From NCBI GenBank assembly GCA_963518235.1, contig CAUQIP010000007.1, positions 5,526 through 69,525 on the forward strand: 64,000 bases of DNA, written 5' to 3'. The translations under genes were made by a program, and so were the position numbers. Below are positions 53,832 through 61,306 of the stretch, one piece after another (within the stretch, counting starts at the first letter, position 1; the number at the start of each line of letters is the position of its first letter). The stretch comes from an uncultured Streptococcus sp. Its GTDB lineage: Bacteria > Bacillota > Bacilli > Lactobacillales > Streptococcaceae. Below the pieces are notes generated by a model that was not told where the DNA came from, did not search any database, and saw only the letters and a list, made by a program, of their open reading frames with translations.

Positions 53832-55055
53832 ATGACTTACCCCAATCTCTTGGACCGCTTCTTAACCTACGTTAAGGTCAACACGCGCTCTGATGAACAC
53901 TCTAGTACTACTCCAAGTACGCAGAGTCAGGTTGACTTCGCAACCAATGTTCTAATTCCTGAAATGAAACGTGTTGGATTACAAAATATTTATTATCTAC
54001 CAAATGGTTTTGCGATTGGTACCTTGCCAGCAAACGATCCATCGTTAACACGTAAGATTGGTTTTATATCTCACATGGATACTGCAGACTTTAATGCCGA
54101 AGGGGTCAATCCCCAGGTAATTGAAAACTACGATGGAGGTGTGATTGAACTAGGGAATTCTGGTTTCAAACTCAATCCAGCTGACTTTAAGAGTCTTGAA
54201 AAATATCCAGGACAAACACTAATCACAACAGATGGAACAACCTTACTAGGAGCTGATGACAAGTCAGGTATTGCTGAAATTATGACAGCTATTGAATATC
54301 TGACTACTCATCCTGAAATCAAACACTGTGAGATTCGTGTTGGTTTTGGTCCAGATGAGGAAATCGGTGTTGGTGCTAATAAATTTGATGCAGAAGATTT
54401 TGATGTGGATTTTGCCTACACTGTTGATGGTGGTCCACTAGGTGAACTTCAGTACGAGACCTTCTCAGCAGCGGGTGCTGAATTGCATTTCCAAGGACGC
54501 AATGTCCACCCTGGTACTGCCAAAGGGCAGATGGTCAACGCTCTTCAGCTAGCAATTGATTTTCATAATCAACTTCCAGAGAATGACAGACCTGAGTTAA
54601 CAGAAGGTTACCAAGGTTTCTACCATCTAATGGATGTGACAGGTAGTGTCGAGGAGGCACGTGCAAGCTATATCATTCGTGATTTTGAAAAAGATGCCTT
54701 TGAAGCGCGTAAAGCAGCTATGCAGTCTATCGCTGATAAGATGAATCAAGAACTTGGTAGCGACCGTATCACCCTAAACTTGACAGACCAGTACTACAAT
54801 ATGAAAGAAGTCATTGAAAAAGATATGACTCCAATTACCATTGCTAAAGCCGTTATGGAAGATTTGGGGATCACTCCTATAATCGAACCAATCCGTGGTG
54901 GAACAGATGGCTCTAAGATTTCCTTTATGGGAATCCCAACTCCCAATATCTTTGCTGGCGGCGAGAATATGCACGGACGTTTTGAATACGTCAGCCTTCA
55001 GACCATGGAACGTGCAGTTGATACCATCATTGGTATCGTAGCTTATAAAGACTAA
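53832..55055 (+). CDS. pepT: Peptidase T (tripeptide aminopeptidase)
   Basis: M20 family motifs ISHMDTA and LGADDKSG; 407 aa. Confidence 0.9.
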   Translation: MTYPNLLDRFLTYVKVNTRSDEHSSTTPSTQSQVDFATNVLIPEMKRVGLQNIYYLPNGFAIGTLPANDPSLTRKIGFISHMDTADFNAEGVNPQVIENYDGGVIELGNSGFKLNPADFKSLEKYPGQTLITTDGTTLLGADDKSGIAEIMTAIEYLTTHPEIKHCEIRVGFGPDEEIGVGANKFDAEDFDVDFAYTVDGGPLGELQYETFSAAGAELHFQGRNVHPGTAKGQMVNALQLAIDFHNQLPENDRPELTEGYQGFYHLMDVTGSVEEARASYIIRDFEKDAFEARKAAMQSIADKMNQELGSDRITLNLTDQYYNMKEVIEKDMTPITIAKAVMEDLGITPIIEPIRGGTDGSKISFMGIPTPNIFAGGENMHGRFEYVSLQTMERAVDTIIGIVAYKD

Positions 55056-55092
55056 AAAGACGAGGTAGCTCAGCTACTTCGCCTTTCTTTTT
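55054..55092. terminator. Bidirectional terminator between pepT and the first pht gene
   Basis: Stem CGAGGTAGC/GCTACTTCG with an A-run and a T-run on the two sides. Confidence 0.65.
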
Positions 55093-58000
55093 ATACCACT
55101 GGTGTTTCTTGATTTCCAGTACTTGTTGTAGATTCTGTTTTTTCCTTTTCTGAAGTTGATTCAGCAGGTTTAGAATCTCCTGTGTTGCTTGGTTTGTTTT
55201 CGTCGCTTGCAGTTTCATTGTTTGATTCCGCAGCTACTGATGTTTCCGTTTCGGTACTGGTCTTCTCAGCATTTGTTGCTGGAGTTACGCTTGATTTTGA
55301 CTTGATTTCTTTATTCAATACTAGAATAGCTTTTGTCAATTCAAGTAAAGCAGCCTTATCTTTACTCTTAGCAGAAAGTTGGTCTAGTAGAGCATCTACC
55401 TTATCAAAGTCCGCATCAGAACCCTTATTGTTTTCTAAATAAGCATGAAGCGACATAAGAATATCGTAGAGTTTTTGATAGAGTACAAGCGTCTGAGGGT
55501 CTTGTTCAGCATTTTCCTTCTCTTGTTGAAGGGCGCTGGCAATACGAGTCAAGACGTCTTTCACCTGACTATTTACTTCATCAAAGTCTGCATCAGCCTT
55601 GTTTGTAGCAGCTTTGAGATTTTCTACTTCTTCTGCCAAGGATTGTCTGATTCCTTCTTCTTGAATTTGTTCCAAGAGTTGAGTTGCCTTGCTCAAAAGA
55701 CTTTCAACTTGTTCCTTGCTAACATGATTGACATGTTCTTCTGGCATAAAGTCTCCGTACAATTCTTTCAAGAAGCCATAAATAGCTGTCTTGGCAGTTT
55801 GGTTATCTACTTTTTCAGTATCTAGAACTGTCTGAGTCGATTTAGCAGTAGTTGGTTGAGCTTTCAAAGCTTCTTCCACTTCTTGTTTTGCTTGATAGAT
55901 GCTTGGGAATAATTTGTTCAATTCTGCTGCCTTAAGGAAGGATTGAGATTGATACAATGTCCAAGTAAGCTGAGCGACCTTGTTTCGAAGTGCATCACTC
56001 AAACGCCCGTCATTGACGTGTTCGTAGAAATACTTGATGTATTCCACTGTTGTAACACCTGTTCGATCATTAAAATCTTGCAAGGCTTGAAGTTGTGATT
56101 CAACCGCTGCTAAAGCAGCCTCATCTTTTGCCAACTTAGCTTCTTGGAGTCGAACGAGAAGGTCTTTCTTAGGAAGTCCATAAGAATCTGTATCTAGTGT
56201 ATTGATTTTATCAATCAAGGCTTGATATTTCTTATCTAGAGCGCTTGTTTTAACAGGCTTAACACTTTCATCAATATGGATATATTGCTTATCAAAGAGA
56301 TCCAGTGTTGCAAGATAACCTGCTGTAGAGTTAGTTGCCAGTTTCTTCATGTTTTCAGTAAACTGACCTAAAGCTAACTCAATCTGTCTTTGTTCGATAG
56401 GCTTGTCTTTGTAGATACTTCTGCTATCAGCTAGAAGTTGATCTACTTTTGCCAAGACTGCCTTCTCGTCAAAAGCTCCAGGTTGATAGCTAGATTGCAG
56501 GGCTGGAATCTTGTTTTTTAAAGCCACTTCATAGCCCTTCGTTTGAACCTTGATGTAGTGATTGTGGTCGCCATGAGGAATCACAAAACTACCATTTTCT
56601 ACCTGCAAGCTATATGGAGACACACCATCTCGCAAAGCAGTGGTATAGAGTTCATTTAGGAAATCAAGTTCTGGATTGCCAGTTTGAAGAGGAATCCGAA
56701 CGTGTTCCTTACGAACAGCATAGGGATGGATATGAGTTGGATCGTAGGCTTGGTCTGGATTTCCAAAGACAAAGAATCCGTTTGAAATTCTAATAGCTTC
56801 AAGTGGAACTCCATAAGTTTTAGAAATATAAGCAATCTTTTCTTCATCGCTAGCATCTCTTGAGAAAGACTCTACCGTTTTAGCAAGAGGTTTTACAGGC
56901 TCTGCATCATGATGTGCTTTCAAATGATCCTGAGCTGCCTTAATTTGCTCTGCTGTCAAATCTTTCTTGAAGAAGTAATGATTGTGGTCACCATGACTCA
57001 TGACAAAGCCTTGCTCATCTTCACTGAGGACACGATTGGCATCAAATCCATGATCATGGTCTTCATCATGATGGTGTCCATGATGATCTTCATCGTGATC
57101 GTCATCATGAGCTGGATTTGGTGTTGCTGTATTTGCACCTTTCAAGTGGTCTTGCGCTGCCTTAATTTGTTCAGCTGTCAAATCCTTCTTAAAGAAGTAA
57201 TGGTTATGATCACCGTGTGAGATGACAAAACCTTGATCATCCTCACTAATGACACGATCGGCATCAAAACCGTGATCATGGTCTTCATCATGATGGTGGT
57301 CATGTCCATGCTCTTCATGCTTAGGATTCTGACTTCCATGCTCACCGTCTTGCTCATGATGATGGTTTTGCTGAGTAGGTTTTTCTGCTGGTTTGCTTGG
57401 ATTCTCCAATGGTGTTGGTTTCACACTGTCACTATCTAGAGGAATCATTCTGGCAATCTTTTCTTCTAATGCAGAAAGCTTTGTATAGGGGATGAAATGA
57501 TAGTGATTTCCATGAGGAATCGCTACACCACTTGGTGTTCTGCTTGAAATCTTAGCAGGGTCAAAAGTCAAACCATCTGATTCAGCATATCGTTGAGTAC
57601 TTGGAAGAGCATAGAGCTGCTGTAATAGACTTTGAAGACTCTCGGCTTTATTACTTGGTATTTCAGTCTGTTGAATAGGCTTGGTAGTTTGACCAGTCCC
57701 ATTTGTACTTGGACGATAGTCAGTCACACTCGGTTGTTTTCTAGTTCCAGAGAGATAGGCTTGAGCTGCAGCCAATTCACTAGCAGACAAATCACTTTTT
57801 GGAATGTAGTGATAGTGTCCTCCGTGAGGAACGATATAAGCATCACCAGTATCTTCGATAATATCAGCTGGATTAAAGACATAACCATCATCTGTCGTAT
57901 AGCGTCCCTGAGACCTTGCTACAGTAACATCTGAGCTGACCTTCTCATTATCTTTGACATGTTCTTGTTTTTGACGATTGATTTCATCCTTGGTTCGAAC

Positions 58001-58438
58001 ATTATCAGCATGTGCTACATCTTTCAGGTAGACATAATATTTTCCATCGACCTTAATGATATAGCCACCCTTGACTTCATTGACAATATCAGCGTCTTTA
58101 AGTTGATAATTGACATCTTTCATCAAGAGTTCTTCACTAAAGAGGGCATCATAAGGAACTTTCCCATTATAGTAATGATAGTGATCACCGTGTGACGTCA
58201 CATAGCCCTGATCTGTAATTTTGATGACAATTTGCTCAGCCTGAATTCCTTCTTTTTGACTAACCTGATTTGGCGTCAAGTTTTCAGTTTTCTGACTGGA
58301 CTGGCTACCATCCACATAAGAGACCCGATTATTGTCCTTATTTTCCTGTGAGCGATGCTGATTTAGCGCATAGGCACAAAGACTCAAGGATACAATAACA
58401 GCTGATCCAGCTGCTATATATTTTTTACTTAATTTCAT
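55091..58438 (-). CDS. phtE: Histidine-triad surface protein, PhtE-like (1115 aa, six HxxHxH triads)
   Basis: Signal/lipobox-like N-terminus MKLSKKYIAAGSAVIVSLSLCAY. The triads are HGDHYHY, HGGHYHY, HGNHYHF and HGDHNHY x3. The C-terminal half is long and non-triad with an S/T/E-rich tail. Confidence 0.8.
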   Translation of the reverse strand: MKLSKKYIAAGSAVIVSLSLCAYALNQHRSQENKDNNRVSYVDGSQSSQKTENLTPNQVSQKEGIQAEQIVIKITDQGYVTSHGDHYHYYNGKVPYDALFSEELLMKDVNYQLKDADIVNEVKGGYIIKVDGKYYVYLKDVAHADNVRTKDEINRQKQEHVKDNEKVSSDVTVARSQGRYTTDDGYVFNPADIIEDTGDAYIVPHGGHYHYIPKSDLSASELAAAQAYLSGTRKQPSVTDYRPSTNGTGQTTKPIQQTEIPSNKAESLQSLLQQLYALPSTQRYAESDGLTFDPAKISSRTPSGVAIPHGNHYHFIPYTKLSALEEKIARMIPLDSDSVKPTPLENPSKPAEKPTQQNHHHEQDGEHGSQNPKHEEHGHDHHHDEDHDHGFDADRVISEDDQGFVISHGDHNHYFFKKDLTAEQIKAAQDHLKGANTATPNPAHDDDHDEDHHGHHHDEDHDHGFDANRVLSEDEQGFVMSHGDHNHYFFKKDLTAEQIKAAQDHLKAHHDAEPVKPLAKTVESFSRDASDEEKIAYISKTYGVPLEAIRISNGFFVFGNPDQAYDPTHIHPYAVRKEHVRIPLQTGNPELDFLNELYTTALRDGVSPYSLQVENGSFVIPHGDHNHYIKVQTKGYEVALKNKIPALQSSYQPGAFDEKAVLAKVDQLLADSRSIYKDKPIEQRQIELALGQFTENMKKLATNSTAGYLATLDLFDKQYIHIDESVKPVKTSALDKKYQALIDKINTLDTDSYGLPKKDLLVRLQEAKLAKDEAALAAVESQLQALQDFNDRTGVTTVEYIKYFYEHVNDGRLSDALRNKVAQLTWTLYQSQSFLKAAELNKLFPSIYQAKQEVEEALKAQPTTAKSTQTVLDTEKVDNQTAKTAIYGFLKELYGDFMPEEHVNHVSKEQVESLLSKATQLLEQIQEEGIRQSLAEEVENLKAATNKADADFDEVNSQVKDVLTRIASALQQEKENAEQDPQTLVLYQKLYDILMSLHAYLENNKGSDADFDKVDALLDQLSAKSKDKAALLELTKAILVLNKEIKSKSSVTPATNAEKTSTETETSVAAESNNETASDENKPSNTGDSKPAESTSEKEKTESTTSTGNQETPVV
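56918..57289 (-). repeat. In-frame tandem duplication (period 222 nt, 74 aa) inside the PhtE-like gene
   Basis: DEDHDHGFDA(D/N)RV(I/L)SED(D/E)QGFV(I/M)SHGDHNHYFFKKDLTAEQIKAAQDHLK occurs at aa 384-433 and again at aa 458-507. Confidence 0.85.
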
Positions 58439-58507
58439 AATTTCCTCATTTCAATAAGTTTTAAAGCTATTTCTTAACTTCTTTTTCTCGGTTAAACAGT
58501 TTTTTCA

Positions 58508-58573
58508 TAAACTGGTTATTTAACCAATTAATTAACCAGTAAATAGTTTACCTTTTTTAAGTTTATCTGTCAA
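58508..58573 (-). promoter_or_regulatory. Promoter TTGACA-N17-TAAACT with three adjacent AdcR-box-like 12-mers
   Basis: The boxes are TAAACTGGTTAT (58508..58519), TTAACCAATTAA (58520..58531) and TTAACCAGTAAA (58532..58543), compared with the consensus TTAACYRGTTAA. The -10 is at 58550..58545 and the -35 at 58573..58568. Confidence 0.65.
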
Positions 58574-58590
58574 GATTTTTATTACATTTT

Positions 58591-58620
58591 AAAAAATAAA
58601 AGCCAGTATTGCTACTGACT
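58591..58620 (-). terminator. Terminator after the PhtD-like gene
   Basis: 8-bp stem (with one G-U pair) followed by a U-run on the minus strand. Confidence 0.55.
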
Positions 58621-58650
58621 CTTACATCATTTCAATTTAATAGGATAAAC

Positions 58651-61149
58651 TTATGCTTCTGGTTTCGTCGTAACTGACTCACTACCTTTTAACAAAGCAA
58701 GCAATTTTTCTGCTTCTGCCATGATAGCATTATTATCCATGGTTTGAAGACTCAAATTATTTCGTAAACCAGCTAGACTCTCTGCCACATTGTCTTTCAA
58801 ACTAGCATCGGTTACTGTATCAAGTAGAGCTTCTACTTCTTTGAGTTTGGCTTCTACTTTTTCAGTCTCTACTTGAGGAACTTTAGCCTCATCTGTAGTA
58901 TCTTCAGCTTCTTCCTCTGTCTCTTCCGTATCAGTGCTCGGTTTATAAAGATTATCTGCTGAAGGATTTAAACCTGCGTGATTCTCTTTTTCATCAGATT
59001 CAGGGCGAGTTGGCTCACTTACTTCATCATGTTTCTTATCTTCATCAGGTTTACTGTCTTCTGGCTTATTTTTACGAACATGGTCGCTGGCATTTCCCCA
59101 ACCATTATCTGAGTGAGGACGTTCGTCTGGATGTTCTACATAATATTTTACAGTTGCAAAGAGATCCTCAAGGCTATAACCCTTAGGTGCCTCGTAGAGT
59201 CCTTCGTCAAACCAACCAAATTTAATGTTATGGTAATGATCATAATGGGGAATAATCAAGCTTCCGTTTTTGACTTCAACAGTATGTTGGAGATTGTAAG
59301 GCATGTGATCAAGTGGAACCTTCTTAGCTGCCTTCACTTTATTATAGATTGCTTCTACTCCTTTAACTTCAGTATTTCCTGACCCCTGATTATCTGTTGA
59401 AGGAGGCGTCAAACCTTTCTCTTTAGCATAAGCCTGAGCTGCTGCTCTTTCAGCTTCAGACAAGCTTTCTTTCTTAATCCAATGACTATGAGTCATATGT
59501 GGAGCTACATAGGCATCGCCTTCATCGCTAGTTATATCACTAGGATTAAAGATATAGCCATCTTCTGTTGTATACTTACCTGCTAATTTCGCTAATTTAA
59601 TTTCATCATCCGTATAAGCAATCTGAGAATTTGGTTTGCCAAGTCGCTCTGGGTGGGTAATTGGTGCTAGGAATGCTAATAAATCATCTACTAATTTTCC
59701 TTTATTAGAAGATTCATCATTCAAGCGTTCTGCTAATTTGTCTAAGGCTTGGAAATCAGAAGTACGACCCTTATTTTCAGACAAGGCTTTATGAGCCTCG
59801 GCCAATAAATTATATGCTTTATCATAAAATTCTTGGTCACGAGGTGGTACATTTTCTTTCTTCGCAACTAGATTATGTGTTTCTTGAGTTTTCTTAGACA
59901 AGAAATTTTCAATAGCATCAATCTTATCCTTGGCCAAATCTTTAGCAAGAACATAACGACTGACTCCCTTATCCTCGAAAACATAACCGTCGCCAACTTT
60001 TCTAACAACCTGGTTGACATCAAATTCAGTCGGTTTATTTTCCGCTGGCGCTTGAGGTTTGGTAGTAGGGGCTGGCTTCAAAGGAGTGACACTTGGCAAG
60101 ACACTACCATTTTGTCCCTTAACAGCTATCATACGAGCCAATTTTTCTTCCAGCGGTGACATTTGTGAATAAGGAATAAAGTGATAATGGTCTCCGTGAG
60201 GCACTGCTACACCGTTAGCTGTACGTTTGATGATTTGTGCCGGATCAAAGACGAGTCCATCAGATTCTACATGTCGTTCTGACAAAGGTTTGGCATACAA
60301 TTCACGTAAAAGTGCTGGAATATCTTCCCCTTGGTCTTGATAATAAGTTGGAGTGACAGTAAAATTAGGAGTCTCTGATAAACTTGGTTGGGCTGGTTTA
60401 GCACTATCACTATTTGGTTTACTTGAACTTGTAGAAGCATGATAACCCTGTTTACCATTCCAATAAGCTTGGGCGGCAGCCAATTCCCCTGCAGACAAAT
60501 CACTCTTAGGTATATAGTGGAAATGATTTCCATGCGGTACGATATAGGCATCACCCGTGTCCTCGATGATATCAGATGCATTAAAGATATAACCATCATC
60601 CGTTGTATAACGACCTTGAGCTCTGGCAGCAACTACCGCCTGATCGTTAGAATCGCCTCCATGATTATGACTGTGTTCCTGCTTCTGACGCTTAATCTCT
60701 TCTTTTGTACGAATATTATCCGCGTGGGCAGCATCCTTGAGGTAAACATAGTATTTACCATCTACCTTAATGACATAGCCACCCTTGATTTCATTGACAA
60801 TGTCGGAATCCTTCAACTGATAATTCGGATCTTTCATGAGGAGCTCTTCACTGATGATGGCATCATAAGGAACCTTGCCATTATAGTAATGATAATGGTC
60901 TCCATGAGACGTCACATAACCTTGATCCGTAATCTTGATGACGATTTGTTCGGCGTTGATTCCCTCTCTCTTACTAACTTCATCTGGTGTTAAGTTCTCT
61001 GCCTTTTGGCTTGGTTGGTTGCCATCGATGTATGAAACACGGTTATTTTCTTTTACAATTTGAGCTTGATGCAAACCTAGTTCATAAGCACAGACACTTA
61101 AAACAAGTGCAACTGCTGACCCAGCTAGATATTTTTTATTGATTTTCAT
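58651..61149 (-). CDS. phtD: Histidine-triad surface protein, PhtD-like (832 aa, five triads)
   Basis: The start was set at MKINKKYLAGSAVALVLSVCAY (signal/LxxC). The triads are HGDHYHY, HGNHFHY, HGDHYHF, HMTHSHW and HYDHYHN. Confidence 0.8.
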   Translation of the reverse strand: MKINKKYLAGSAVALVLSVCAYELGLHQAQIVKENNRVSYIDGNQPSQKAENLTPDEVSKREGINAEQIVIKITDQGYVTSHGDHYHYYNGKVPYDAIISEELLMKDPNYQLKDSDIVNEIKGGYVIKVDGKYYVYLKDAAHADNIRTKEEIKRQKQEHSHNHGGDSNDQAVVAARAQGRYTTDDGYIFNASDIIEDTGDAYIVPHGNHFHYIPKSDLSAGELAAAQAYWNGKQGYHASTSSSKPNSDSAKPAQPSLSETPNFTVTPTYYQDQGEDIPALLRELYAKPLSERHVESDGLVFDPAQIIKRTANGVAVPHGDHYHFIPYSQMSPLEEKLARMIAVKGQNGSVLPSVTPLKPAPTTKPQAPAENKPTEFDVNQVVRKVGDGYVFEDKGVSRYVLAKDLAKDKIDAIENFLSKKTQETHNLVAKKENVPPRDQEFYDKAYNLLAEAHKALSENKGRTSDFQALDKLAERLNDESSNKGKLVDDLLAFLAPITHPERLGKPNSQIAYTDDEIKLAKLAGKYTTEDGYIFNPSDITSDEGDAYVAPHMTHSHWIKKESLSEAERAAAQAYAKEKGLTPPSTDNQGSGNTEVKGVEAIYNKVKAAKKVPLDHMPYNLQHTVEVKNGSLIIPHYDHYHNIKFGWFDEGLYEAPKGYSLEDLFATVKYYVEHPDERPHSDNGWGNASDHVRKNKPEDSKPDEDKKHDEVSEPTRPESDEKENHAGLNPSADNLYKPSTDTEETEEEAEDTTDEAKVPQVETEKVEAKLKEVEALLDTVTDASLKDNVAESLAGLRNNLSLQTMDNNAIMAEAEKLLALLKGSESVTTKPEA
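59678..60152 (-). repeat. 475-bp tract identical to 62232..62706 in the next pht paralog
   Basis: I compared the two tracts base by base by eye and found no mismatch. The flanks are only about 90-95 percent identical. Confidence 0.85.
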
Positions 61150-61192
61150 TCTTTTCTCTTTTCTTAAATCTATTTGATTCACCACAAGATGA

Positions 61193-61246
61193 TGAACTAG
61201 TTAATTAACTAGTTAATAGTTTACTCTTTTTAGTATTGCTTGTCAA
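61193..61246 (-). promoter_or_regulatory. Promoter TTGACA-N17-TAAACT with two AdcR boxes
   Basis: TGAACTAGTTAA (61193..61204) and a perfect TTAACTAGTTAA (61205..61216). The -10 is at 61223..61218 and the -35 at 61246..61241. Confidence 0.7.
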
Positions 61247-61264
61247 GAATTTTACATATCCACA

Positions 61265-61297
61265 TAATAAAAATAAAAGCCTCTTTATCGAGACTTT
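61265..61297 (-). terminator. Terminator after the third pht gene
   Basis: Stem AAAGCCTC/GAGACTTT (one G-U pair on the transcribed strand) followed by a U-rich run. Confidence 0.5.
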
Positions 61298-61306
61298 CAT
61301 TTTTCA

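Noticed and set aside
60439-60993. 184-aa plus-strand ORF antisense to the PhtD-like gene. Similar antisense ORFs occur at 55445..55825, 56909..57220, 59875..60159 and 62429..62713.
   Set aside because: These ORFs lie entirely inside strongly supported minus-strand pht genes and have no RBS. Their composition is low-complexity and rich in I, F and L, as expected from the reverse complement of His/Asp/Lys-rich coding sequence. The identical pair only reflects the duplicated DNA.
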